DNA from: a virus
Taxonomy: Duplodnaviria; Caudoviricetes
Strand: one strand, 5' to 3'
Virus record (IMG/VR): IMGVR_UViG_3300010362_000896
Location: 1 to 41,145 of that record
Length of the DNA stretch: 41,145 nucleotides
The notes beneath the pieces are model-generated. The model saw only the letters and a list, made by a program, of their open reading frames with translations, made no database searches and was not told the DNA's origin. The position numbers were made by a program, and so were the translations under genes. Positions 1-9,356 of the stretch are shown here, piece by piece; within the stretch, counting starts at the first letter, position 1, and each line of letters opens with the position of its first letter.

Positions 1-296
1 GCGCAAGGGCCGTGTCGCGGGGGGGGGGGGGGGGGGGGGGGGGAGTGGGGTGGTGGGGGGGGGGGCCCGGCGGGGTGGGGGGGGGGCGGGTTTTCGGAGG
101 GGGTTGGTGCAGGGGTTTCAGGGGGGGGCGGGTTGAGGTACTCGTCGGGCGCCTCCTGGCCCGCGCCCGTATCGGGTACCGCCCAGCCGTGCACGAGCTT
201 GACCTTCTTGTTCGGCTTGGGCGCCCAGCCAGGCCGAATGCGGCCCGGTAGCTTGGGCGTATCCTGGTCGGTGGTCAGGTAGCTCGGCGCGGCCAT
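1..296 (-). CDS. Putative virion protein, partial (runs off the window; 3' part low quality)
   Basis: ATG at 296 overlaps the TGA of the giant gene. Reads MAAPSYLTTDQDTPKLPGRIRPGWAPKPNKKVKLVHGWAVPDTGAGQEAPDEYLN before degrading into poly-G. Not in the ORF track. Confidence 0.6.
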   Translation of the reverse strand, partial: MAAPSYLTTDQDTPKLPGRIRPGWAPKPNKKVKLVHGWAVPDTGAGQEAPDEYLNPPPPETPAPTPSENPPPPHPAGPPPPPPHSPPPPPPPPRHGPC

Positions 297-3200
297 CAGG
301 CGTTCTGCGTGGTCAGTGCTCCGGTTCGCTGACCGGTATTCAGATCAGCCTTGACGGTCGGCGCCTGGGCCTGGCCCCACTGCCGCTGGGACTCCTGCCA
401 GAAGCCCTCGGGGGTCTGGCCGAAGAGCCCGCCCATCATCTCCATGCCCGCGCGGCCCGCCTCGCCCGCCGCTGCGGCCTGCATCCTGGTCACCTCCGGT
501 GTGCCACCCTCGGCCGCGAAGTTCTCGCCCATCTGCTGGCCGACGGCTTCCCAGACGCCAGGCCCGAGCGACTCGATGTCGGTCCGATAGGCCGCCCGCT
601 GGAACGGGTCCCAGCCTCGGAACTGCTGGTAGCTGGGCAGGCCGTAGCTCGCGCCGTAGGCCGTCGAGCCCTGCATCTCCTGCGCCCCCGCCGCATTCTG
701 GCCAAACAGTTCGGTGGGCAAGCCGCCCTGTGCACCCTGTGCGGCACCCGTCTGCGCCCCGCCCACGGGCTGCGCGGGCGGCTGGTAATTGCCGACCGAG
801 CCAGGGCCCATGCCCAGGTACGCAGCGTTCTGCAGGCCGTACTTGGTCTCGTTGTACGGCTGCATCAGAGAGTTGACCAGCTTGGCGATGTTCTGCCCGG
901 CCACTTGCTGGCCCTGGTAGCCAGGGCCTGGGGTCATCCCCGCCAGCCGCTGCAGCCACGGATTCTTGAGCGCCGAGTCGAGAATCTTGAAGCCCATGTC
1001 CTGCCTGGTCTGCCAGTCCTTGAATGCCTGGTCGCCCTGCTGCAGGTAGATCTCGGTGCCGTTCTCCATCTGCGTCTGCCACCGCCCGAGCGCGTCCTGC
1101 ATGGCCGCGATCTGCAGATCGGCGTCGATGCGCCGATTGTCGATGGCCTCGGCGGCCTGGTTGTGGCGCGCCGTCTCGGCGTTGATCTCCTTCTGGCGCT
1201 CGTTGTCGTCCTGGTGGATCTTCCAGTTCTGGTCGATCTTGGCCAGTTCCTCGGCGTGGCGGTTCTCCTCGTTGATCCTGTTCTGCTCGGCCGTGGCGCG
1301 GTTGGCCTCGCGCTGCGCGTCGAGCGAGCCATTCCAGTACGCCAGCAGCCCGTTCTCGTACGGGCCCAGCTTGGCCTGGTACTGCGCGGGCGCCTGCGGC
1401 CCACCAGGACCGGCGGGCTTGGGCGCGCCAGGCTGACTGGGCTGCTGCGGTGCGCCCTGATCGGGCGGCAGGCCCTGGTTGTGCTCGGTCACCCAGCGCG
1501 TCTCGGCGTCGGCGCCAAAGGTGTCGCGGAAGCGCTTCTGGGTCTCGGGGTCCTGGCTGGCCAGCGACTGGCCATCGCGCGCGACGGTGGCGCTGCCGTA
1601 CTGGCCCGTCGGCTGATCGACGTACTGGCTGCTTTGCGGGTCACCCGAGCGGTTCGGCTCGCTCGACGAGGCGCCACCCAGCGTCGGGCTCTGGCTCGGG
1701 TCGCTCAGGTTCGAGCCGCCGCTGTCGCTCGGGTCGGCCAGGTCCTCACGCCACTTGCCGTTGACCATCACGCCGCCCGCGCCCATGCCGCCCCAGCCGC
1801 TCCGGTCGGCGCCCGCGCCGATGTTCCGGTCCTCGCGCCGTTGCGGCTCCTGAGTCTGCGGTCGATACCACTCGTAGCCAGGCTCGTCGGGCAAACCGGT
1901 GTCATGACCCAGCCGTCTGAGCCAGGCGACGTAAGCCTGGTGTTCGAGGTCCGACTCACTGCCCCACGGGTCGAGATCGCCGCCGAAGCGGGGCGGGTTG
2001 GTCGCCTCCTCGACGGGCACGTCCTCCACCTGCTCCCAGGAACTCGCGTTCGGGCGGTCGCGCATCGTCGACAGCATGCGCCGACCGCCCTCGAAGTAGC
2101 CCGTCTGTTGTTCCTTGAGCGGCGTGTTGGGGTTCGAGCCGTACGCGTATGCACCGCGCATCTCGGGCGGCTGATAGCGCGCCTGCTCCGCAGAGTTCAG
2201 CAGGAAGCCCTGACCCGCGTCGATCAGCCAATTGATCTCTTCGTTCGAGAAGCGCGACTCACTGGGCTCGGCAGGCGCGGCGCCCGCGCCGACGCCCTGG
2301 CCTGCACCAGGCTTGCCCCACATCTTCCACAGCGGGAGATGCAGCGGCTCGCCCGCCCCCTGCATGTGCTTGTACTCGGGCAAGTTGCACACGTCGCACT
2401 TACCCTCGTTGGTCAGGGAGTCGTAGGCGTGCTTGGTCGGGTCGAGGTTGGGTACCTCGTCCTGGCCTGCGCCTTGCATTGGAGGAGTGCCAGCCGCGCC
2501 AGGCGGAGAACCGGAGCCGCCTGGTGGCCCCATCATTTGAGTGCCAGGAACGGGTGGGAGACCGCCCATGGCACCGAGTGCGGGGGTGGGATCCTGCGGC
2601 TGGCCCGTCTGGTCGCGGATGGCCCAGTGCAGGTGTGAGCCCGTCGTGTTGCCACTCGATCCTACCTCGGCCAGGTTCTGCCCCTTGGCTACAACGAGCC
2701 CACGGTAGGCTTGTGTACTGCGCAAATGGCCCAGTTTGTGCTGATTGCCCATGCCGTCGCGGATGACCACCGTGAGCCCCAGGCCCTGCGGGTCCTCGCG
2801 CACCTCTTCGACAATGCCGTCGACGGGGCTGATCGTGGGCACGCCCTCCTCGGCCTGCAGATCCACGCCGCTGTGGAATGGCTCGCCCTGGTTCATCGGC
2901 TGGCCGAAGCGGTGGCCGATGCCCTGCACGTCGGCGGGCGACACGGGCGGCTGCCAGCCTGGCTGTTGCTCGGCCCCGCCCGTCGGCGGCGGCGCGCCCT
3001 GCGGCTGCTGCACAGGGGTGGGCGGCTGGACGGGGTTGGGCGGCATGGGCGGCTGCTGCGGCGCGGCCTGCGCCTGAGCCTGCTGGGGGATCCCCTGTAG
3101 CTGCATCGGCGGCGCCTGGGGCAGCATGCCTGGGCCCGTCGGCGGCGGGCCGGGGATCTTCGGTCCGCCCTCGCCCTGACCCGCGCCGAGCGTGTCGGGC

Positions 3201-6200
3201 AGCGGCAGCCTGTCGAAGCCAGGCACACGGAAGTCGATGTTCGGCCCGAAAACGTTGGGCTTGATCGGCACGTCCCAGCCGGGTTGGTGACCGCCGCGCG
3301 AGACGATCTGCGGGCCCTCCTGGTGCTGGGTGATGGTGCGGTCGTAGATGGTCGAATTGGGGCTGGAGCGCCTGCCCAGGTTGCCCAGTTCCTGGCGCGC
3401 CGCCTCGGGGTTCTGGCCGCGCCCGTACAGCCGCTGCCACGTGTTCGGGTCACTCGTCTCGGGGATGCCTCGGGGCTCAGACTGCAGCCACTCGGCGTCC
3501 TGACCACCAGCGGGCACGTCGCTCATCGGCTCGCGCATCGGGTCGTCCAGCGGGTCGACGTACTCCCGCTCGCCCGTGCTGAAGCCGCCCGCTGGCGGGT
3601 TGGTCAACCCTCCACCGGACATAAGCTCGTAGTCGTAGTCGGGTCGGTCGCGCAGGCGCTGCGGGTCGGCTCGATCAGCCTGCTGGCCAAACTCGCCCTT
3701 GGTCGTACCCTCACGGAAGGCGCGGTTGGTCTCCTCCTGACTGAGCGGCGCGTTGGGGTTGGCCGAGCGCCAGCCCTGCTCCTGCAGCCACTGGCGGTAG
3801 GCGTCCATCATCTGCTCGCCGCCAAACTTCAGGTCGCCGAAGCGCGATTCGTAAAAGCCAGGCTGAGCCATCATCCACCTGATGAACTCCATCGGCACCT
3901 GGCTCCACGGGTTGCCACTGGGTTCCTCGGCGCCCGCGCCCACGTCGTGGCCCGTGCCCAGCCGCTCGTCGGCTTTGCGGAACCACAGCATGTTCATCAG
4001 GGCGCTCGGATCCCTGTCGTCGAAGATGCTCACGTAGCCGGGCGTGTTGATGCCTACCTGGTTGCCTGTCCACTCTCCCTGCCCCTCGCGTGGACCGTAC
4101 ACCACGTACGGCGGCTCGGGGTTTTCCTCGGTCCCGCCCAGGTTCTGGGTGTACTCGGGCGGGCTGGCCGAGCCGCCTTGTGCCTCGTGCATCCTGCGCG
4201 CGCCTTCGGCCCAGCGCGGAGGCGGCGGATCGACGTTCGGACCCTCTAACTCGAAGGTGCCCCGACCAGGTGCATCCTTTGGACGCATGGGCTCAAAAGG
4301 ATCCTGCTCGGGCTGATAGCCAGGCATCCAGCCACGTCCCCTGAGCGTGTCCATGTACCAGCGCATCAGGCGGTTGAACATCTCGGGCGACAGGTCCCCC
4401 ATGGGGCCCGCGCTGACCCAGTCGGGCAGCTTGATCTCAGGACCTGGAATGTGCCCTGGCGGCAATGGAACGGGGATGCCCGTGTTGATCAGTGGGCCGG
4501 GCGGTTTGACCTCACCGCCCCAGTCGGGGCCATGCCCGCCAACGGGCTCTATTTTGATCTCGGGCGCATGCCCCTTGGGCACGAGGTCGGGGTTGAAGAT
4601 GGTTGAGTTCTGGCTTGCTTCGCGGCCCTGGCGGGTCAGGTCCTGCCAGGCGAAGCCAGGCGCCTGGCCGCGCCCGTACAGGCTGGGCAGGTTCGGGAAG
4701 TCCTCGGGCCGCACGCTGGCTGGCGAGCGCTTGGTGCCAGGGATGTCCTCATCGGCGCTCGGGATGTCGAACTCGGCGCCACTAGCCGGGTCATCAAACT
4801 GGACCAGTTCCGAGCGCTGCCCGCCAGCGGGGATCTCGCCGTGGAGCATCGTACTGTAGGGCTGGTCGCTCACGTTCTCGGGCTCGCCGCGCCTGATGCG
4901 CGCCAGGGCCTGGTTCTCCTGCTCGTTCAGGAGCAGTTGCTGGCGCTGCGCCCAGACCGCCTCGCTCGGTTGGAGCGGCGCGCTGGGGTTCTGAGCACGC
5001 CAGTTCATCAATTGCAGGAACTCGGGCAGGCGCGCGTCCAGATCGTCCTCGGTGAAGCCCTGGTGCCGACGCTCCCAGTTGTCAGGCTGGGTGACGAACC
5101 ACGCCAGGAACTCGCTCGGGTACTGCTGGCCACCGCCGCCGCCCCCACCTGGCGGCTCGTCCTGGCCCGAGCCCAGTCCGCCCGTCTGCTGGCGACGCAG
5201 GATCATGTCGATGAACCCGCGCGGGTCGCCCTCGTCGAAGATGCTGACCACGTCCTGGCTGTACGGCTCGCCGCCTGGCCCAAAGCCCTGCGACTGGTAG
5301 TTGCCAGGCCCGCGCCCCTGACCCAGGCTCTCCCAGGTGCCAGGCTCGGGTTTCGTCCGCCAACTGCGCATTCCTGGCTCTTCCCCCGGCTGGAAGGTCC
5401 ACGGGTTGCGTGAGCCGCCCTCGGCCGCCTGCACGTCGGGCTCGACGCGCATACCGCGTGTGTCACCTGAGCGCATCTCGGGGTAGTCCTGGGCCAGGAT
5501 GTCGGGCTGGGTCATGCGCCACTTGTGAAAATCGGCCAGCCTGCCGCCCGTGCCCGTAATGTTCGCCTCACCCTCGCCGCGCATCTCGGCGCGGAACTCG
5601 TTCATCGCCTGCTGGTAGAGCGGATCGTACGGCTCCTGGCCTGGGCCTGGCGAGCGGGGCACATCGGATTTGTTGAGGCCCAGGATGTCGGGTACCCAGT
5701 TGGTGCCGATGTCCGTGGCGTCGGGCAGCTTGACCTCGGGGCCAGGTACGTGTCCGGTAGGCAGCTTGGGCACCCAGTTGGTGCCGATGTCGGTTGCGCC
5801 TGGGCCCACGCGCGGGGCGACGTTGATGAGCGGTCCAGGCGGCTTGATCTCGCCCTGGTTGATGATGTGGCCGCCTGGTAGCTGAACTGGCTCCTGGGCG
5901 TTCTGCCTGCCCTCGGGACGGCCCTCGGGCGAGATGATGTGCCACGGGTCGGTCTGGTGACTGTTCTCCCACGGCGTGCGGTCGGGCTGCGGCTCCTGCG
6001 GCGGCGGCCACTGCGGCGCCCACGCGCCAGGCACGTCGGTCGCGGGCTGCTGGCCGCGCATCGCCGCCCACACCTCGGCGTAGATGTTCTGGTCGGACGA
6101 CTGCCACTCGTCGAAGTTGCTGGGCACCTCGGTGTGCAGACCGGGGTACAGTCCGAAGAGCCGCTCGGCGTTGGTCAGCGCGCCCGGGTCGCCGCTCGAC

Positions 6201-9079
6201 CGTTGCTGGCCGACCTCCATGCCCTCCTGGAAGACCTCGCCCGGGTTGCGGCGGCGAGTGTACTCGGGGTCGCCGCGCGTGCTGAACTCGGGGTCGTTCG
6301 GGTCGCGCGGGTACTGCGTGTCGCTGGTCAGGTCGCCCGCGTCGGGTGTGCGGTGCGGGTACTCGACGTTGCCCTGTTGTTGCGAGCTTTCGCTCATGCC
6401 CTGCTGGAACGGGGTCAGGTCGGCCGCGCCCTCCATGTTCCCGCCGCCACCCCCAGCGGGCCCCGCCTGGAAATTGGTGTAGCCCTCCTCGGGCGGCCTG
6501 CGCTGGGGTAGCTGGTTGGTCGGGTCGCGCAGCAGGTCGCGGATGTAGTCGGCGAAGCGCTGCTGGTCGATATCCCACCAGTTGCCTTCCATCGGGTTGA
6601 GCGGTCCGCCAGGCACATCACCTTCAGCGCCCGCGCCAAGGGGGTGGGGGGAGGGGTAGGGATCCCACCCCACCCCCGTCGAGCCACGACCCGTCTGCGG
6701 GGTAAGGCCCCGGCCCGCAAAGGTGTCCTGGCCCGCGCCTGGAATGCCGTAGTCCCCGTACTGCTCCTCGGGGATCGGCGTGACGTCGTAGTTCCAGTCG
6801 TCGGTGATGTGGACCTGTTGCCACTGACCGGTGTCTGGATTCTGCTCGTTGTACGGGTCGCCAGGTCCCCACTCGCGCGGTTGTGCGGGGGCAGCAGGCG
6901 CGGCGGGGGCGGCGGGCGCGGCAGGCGTGGGCTTGGGCGCTGGGGCGGCAGGCGCGGCAGGCGCGGGGCGCGGCGCGGGCGTGGGCTGGGTGACCTTGGG
7001 CGGCGCGGGGCGGTCGGCGGGCTTGTAGCTGGCAATCTGCTCGCCGATCTGGCCGCCGAGGGAGCGCATGAAGTTGGCGGTGTCGGTGATCTCCTGGGGC
7101 AGCGGCAGCCCGCCCGCGTGCTCGACGCCCTTGCCGCCGTAGCCGCCGTAGTCGATCTCCATCGACGTGCCAGCGGGAATGATCAGGTTGCCGCCCAGCA
7201 TCTCGGGCTTGGGATGCTCTAGCTCGTACGCCGACTTGTACATCTCGCTGAGCGACTTGATGTTCCCGATCCGGCCCGTGATCAGGTTCTGCTGGGCGGT
7301 GTCCAGATCGGAGTACGCCTTGGCCAGCTTGGTCTGCTCGGTCTGCTCCCAGAACGGGTCAGTCGAGACGACCTGCATCGTCGCGGCGGGGTCGCGCGGG
7401 TCCCATTGGTAGGTCACCCCGTTGAGCGTCTCGACGTGCTTGTCGGCGGGCGCCGAGTAGATCACCGTCGGAATGATCGGGCTGGTTGGATCGTCCGGGT
7501 TCTGGCGCGTGAACTTGACCACATCGCGGTTGCCGACGGTGATCGTGCCCTTGCTCAGGTCCTCCTGGCCGACGACCTGGGCCTGGCCCGTGTTGGTGTT
7601 GAGCAGGATGAACCGCCCGTCAGGCTGCGCGGTGAGCGTGTAGATGCTCGCCGTGGCCAACTGGGTCTGCGATGCCAGCCGATCCTTGGCCGCCTGATCG
7701 TCCGCCTTGCGCTGCTCCTCGGCCGCCCACGCCGTCTGGGCGCGGTTGGTCAGGTTCTGGTCGACCTCGGTCGTGCCGTCGGCCTTGACGCGCTGCCAGA
7801 TCTGGTTGGCGCCGGTGCCCTCGACGAACACGTGGCCAGGCGTCTTCAGCGGCGGCGCGCCAGCCGCGCCAGCAGGCGAGATGCCCAGGTCGGCGACGCG
7901 CTTGCCCGCGTCGTTGAACATGATCGCGTGACGCTGGCCGTCGGGCTCCAGGATGTCGACGATGTGCGCGCCTGCCTTCTGGGCATCGGGAATGCCCTGC
8001 AGTTGCGCGCGCAGCGCCTCGTTGTACTGGACCAGGGTCAACTGGTGCGTGTTCGGGTCGACCGCGAAGTAGCCGACCGGAATGTCTGGCTGACGGCCCG
8101 TGCGGTCGTGGTAGCGCACCTGCTGTGCGACGTGCGTCACCGGGTCGCGGTCGACGTACAGGTCCCACTCGTTGAGGCTGGCCACGACGCCCGACGCCTG
8201 CAGCGCGGCGCGCGCCTGGTTATCAACGGCCGTGGTGTCGGGCGAGCCTGGCGGACGGGTCGACGGCGCGGCGGGCTGGGTCGGGTCGGGCTGGCTCTGC
8301 GACGGCACGGTGCCGCCGCTCTCGACCGTGTCCAGGCCGCGATACACGCCTGGCGCGGTCTGGTCCTGAGCGGGCGGCCGACCCTCCTGGCCCGCGCCGA
8401 AGGTCGCCCCGTTGCCCATGTTCGTCGCGCGCGCGCCAAACGGCCGTTCGGTCGGTCCGCTGGCCTGGATGCGCGGCCCCGGCCCCGTGCCGTACGGCGT
8501 GGGCGTCAGCGGCGGCTGGCCTGGCGAGAACTGGTTGGCCCTGATCGGCGCCTGCTGGCCGTAGCGACCCGTAATCTGGTCCATGCCAGGCTGCGTGCCA
8601 GGTCCCGCTGGCGCACCAGGCGTGGCCGTGCCCGTCTGGCCCGCGTTGTACGGCTGGGTCGCCGCCGAGTACGCTCCGGGAGCTATGTTCGGGGCAACTG
8701 TCTCAGTCGTTGGGCCGGCTACATCGGTCCGAATGGGCTCCGCGCCAGCACCCATCTGGGGCGGCAGCAGGTACTGCTTGAGCCAGTCGCCTGCGCCTTG
8801 CTGCTGTTGCTGGCCGTCCTCGCCCTGGCCCGCGCCCAGGCTGTCCGACGTGGGCACCAGGCTGTAGTTCAGGCGGTCAACGGGGGCGAGGGTGCCAGGG
8901 CTATGCACCTCGGACGTGTCGGGCGTGTAGTTGATCAGATTCATCGGCGCGGGCGTGCCAGGCGGGCTGGCCATGACGTGCGGCTGGGGGTACTCCAGCC
9001 GGCTCATGCCGACTTCGTGCAGCAGGCGGTCGCGGGGCGTCTTGCGCGGCTTGGGGGGCGGGTCCCAGAAGCTAGGCAT
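296..9079 (-). CDS. Giant (2927 aa) putative internal virion/ejection protein with M23 metallopeptidase domain
   Basis: Uninterrupted 8.8 kb ORF downstream of the portal. M23 motifs HSGVD and GSSGNTTGSHLHW (about 2580-2925). C-terminal helical region with EENRH/ETARHN. Beta-rich region at about 7100-8220. P/G/Q-rich linkers. Confidence 0.8.
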   Translation of the reverse strand: MPSFWDPPPKPRKTPRDRLLHEVGMSRLEYPQPHVMASPPGTPAPMNLINYTPDTSEVHSPGTLAPVDRLNYSLVPTSDSLGAGQGEDGQQQQQGAGDWLKQYLLPPQMGAGAEPIRTDVAGPTTETVAPNIAPGAYSAATQPYNAGQTGTATPGAPAGPGTQPGMDQITGRYGQQAPIRANQFSPGQPPLTPTPYGTGPGPRIQASGPTERPFGARATNMGNGATFGAGQEGRPPAQDQTAPGVYRGLDTVESGGTVPSQSQPDPTQPAAPSTRPPGSPDTTAVDNQARAALQASGVVASLNEWDLYVDRDPVTHVAQQVRYHDRTGRQPDIPVGYFAVDPNTHQLTLVQYNEALRAQLQGIPDAQKAGAHIVDILEPDGQRHAIMFNDAGKRVADLGISPAGAAGAPPLKTPGHVFVEGTGANQIWQRVKADGTTEVDQNLTNRAQTAWAAEEQRKADDQAAKDRLASQTQLATASIYTLTAQPDGRFILLNTNTGQAQVVGQEDLSKGTITVGNRDVVKFTRQNPDDPTSPIIPTVIYSAPADKHVETLNGVTYQWDPRDPAATMQVVSTDPFWEQTEQTKLAKAYSDLDTAQQNLITGRIGNIKSLSEMYKSAYELEHPKPEMLGGNLIIPAGTSMEIDYGGYGGKGVEHAGGLPLPQEITDTANFMRSLGGQIGEQIASYKPADRPAPPKVTQPTPAPRPAPAAPAAPAPKPTPAAPAAPAAPAAPAQPREWGPGDPYNEQNPDTGQWQQVHITDDWNYDVTPIPEEQYGDYGIPGAGQDTFAGRGLTPQTGRGSTGVGWDPYPSPHPLGAGAEGDVPGGPLNPMEGNWWDIDQQRFADYIRDLLRDPTNQLPQRRPPEEGYTNFQAGPAGGGGGNMEGAADLTPFQQGMSESSQQQGNVEYPHRTPDAGDLTSDTQYPRDPNDPEFSTRGDPEYTRRRNPGEVFQEGMEVGQQRSSGDPGALTNAERLFGLYPGLHTEVPSNFDEWQSSDQNIYAEVWAAMRGQQPATDVPGAWAPQWPPPQEPQPDRTPWENSHQTDPWHIISPEGRPEGRQNAQEPVQLPGGHIINQGEIKPPGPLINVAPRVGPGATDIGTNWVPKLPTGHVPGPEVKLPDATDIGTNWVPDILGLNKSDVPRSPGPGQEPYDPLYQQAMNEFRAEMRGEGEANITGTGGRLADFHKWRMTQPDILAQDYPEMRSGDTRGMRVEPDVQAAEGGSRNPWTFQPGEEPGMRSWRTKPEPGTWESLGQGRGPGNYQSQGFGPGGEPYSQDVVSIFDEGDPRGFIDMILRRQQTGGLGSGQDEPPGGGGGGGQQYPSEFLAWFVTQPDNWERRHQGFTEDDLDARLPEFLQLMNWRAQNPSAPLQPSEAVWAQRQQLLLNEQENQALARIRRGEPENVSDQPYSTMLHGEIPAGGQRSELVQFDDPASGAEFDIPSADEDIPGTKRSPASVRPEDFPNLPSLYGRGQAPGFAWQDLTRQGREASQNSTIFNPDLVPKGHAPEIKIEPVGGHGPDWGGEVKPPGPLINTGIPVPLPPGHIPGPEIKLPDWVSAGPMGDLSPEMFNRLMRWYMDTLRGRGWMPGYQPEQDPFEPMRPKDAPGRGTFELEGPNVDPPPPRWAEGARRMHEAQGGSASPPEYTQNLGGTEENPEPPYVVYGPREGQGEWTGNQVGINTPGYVSIFDDRDPSALMNMLWFRKADERLGTGHDVGAGAEEPSGNPWSQVPMEFIRWMMAQPGFYESRFGDLKFGGEQMMDAYRQWLQEQGWRSANPNAPLSQEETNRAFREGTTKGEFGQQADRADPQRLRDRPDYDYELMSGGGLTNPPAGGFSTGEREYVDPLDDPMREPMSDVPAGGQDAEWLQSEPRGIPETSDPNTWQRLYGRGQNPEAARQELGNLGRRSSPNSTIYDRTITQHQEGPQIVSRGGHQPGWDVPIKPNVFGPNIDFRVPGFDRLPLPDTLGAGQGEGGPKIPGPPPTGPGMLPQAPPMQLQGIPQQAQAQAAPQQPPMPPNPVQPPTPVQQPQGAPPPTGGAEQQPGWQPPVSPADVQGIGHRFGQPMNQGEPFHSGVDLQAEEGVPTISPVDGIVEEVREDPQGLGLTVVIRDGMGNQHKLGHLRSTQAYRGLVVAKGQNLAEVGSSGNTTGSHLHWAIRDQTGQPQDPTPALGAMGGLPPVPGTQMMGPPGGSGSPPGAAGTPPMQGAGQDEVPNLDPTKHAYDSLTNEGKCDVCNLPEYKHMQGAGEPLHLPLWKMWGKPGAGQGVGAGAAPAEPSESRFSNEEINWLIDAGQGFLLNSAEQARYQPPEMRGAYAYGSNPNTPLKEQQTGYFEGGRRMLSTMRDRPNASSWEQVEDVPVEEATNPPRFGGDLDPWGSESDLEHQAYVAWLRRLGHDTGLPDEPGYEWYRPQTQEPQRREDRNIGAGADRSGWGGMGAGGVMVNGKWREDLADPSDSGGSNLSDPSQSPTLGGASSSEPNRSGDPQSSQYVDQPTGQYGSATVARDGQSLASQDPETQKRFRDTFGADAETRWVTEHNQGLPPDQGAPQQPSQPGAPKPAGPGGPQAPAQYQAKLGPYENGLLAYWNGSLDAQREANRATAEQNRINEENRHAEELAKIDQNWKIHQDDNERQKEINAETARHNQAAEAIDNRRIDADLQIAAMQDALGRWQTQMENGTEIYLQQGDQAFKDWQTRQDMGFKILDSALKNPWLQRLAGMTPGPGYQGQQVAGQNIAKLVNSLMQPYNETKYGLQNAAYLGMGPGSVGNYQPPAQPVGGAQTGAAQGAQGGLPTELFGQNAAGAQEMQGSTAYGASYGLPSYQQFRGWDPFQRAAYRTDIESLGPGVWEAVGQQMGENFAAEGGTPEVTRMQAAAAGEAGRAGMEMMGGLFGQTPEGFWQESQRQWGQAQAPTVKADLNTGQRTGALTTQNA
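5694..5791. repeat. 20-bp direct repeat inside the giant gene (ATDIGTNWVP x2)
   Basis: acccagttggtgccgatgtc at 5694-5713 and 5772-5791, 78 nt apart and in frame. Confidence 0.9.
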
Positions 9080-9356
9080 CCATCAGCCTCCGTCGCGCGG
9101 CGGCGTTGATCTTGGCAATGGGCTTCCCGGTACGTCCGTCAAGAATCTCGACAGGGCCCATGCCCTCAGGGCCGATGCCGTCCCACCGTTCAATGCGCGG
9201 CTCTGGCGCACTCGATCCCACAAGGTGGGCTCGGGCAAACGCGGGCGTGCCCGGTTGCGCATCGTTGAAGACGGAGCCATGCACAGCCTGATGGATGTCC
9301 GCGTCAGGTGAGGCGTGTCGCGCATCGTGGGCCGCCTTAGCGAGGGAATCGGGCAT
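9072..9356 (-). CDS. Hypothetical protein
   Basis: GGAGGG upstream of ATG; overlaps both neighbours in the operon. Confidence 0.65.
   Translation of the reverse strand: MPDSLAKAAHDARHASPDADIHQAVHGSVFNDAQPGTPAFARAHLVGSSAPEPRIERWDGIGPEGMGPVEILDGRTGKPIAKINAAARRRLMDA

Noticed and set aside
1-130. Poly-G tract and the Gly-rich ORF 12-251
   Set aside because: Looks like a low-quality contig end (poly-G sequencing artefact) over a Pro-rich minus-strand gene; not a credible G-quadruplex element or plus-strand gene.
905-9109. Long plus-strand ORFs (905-2638, 3284-4249, 7406-9109 and others)
   Set aside because: Antisense shadows of the high-GC giant gene; no RBS or domain motifs.
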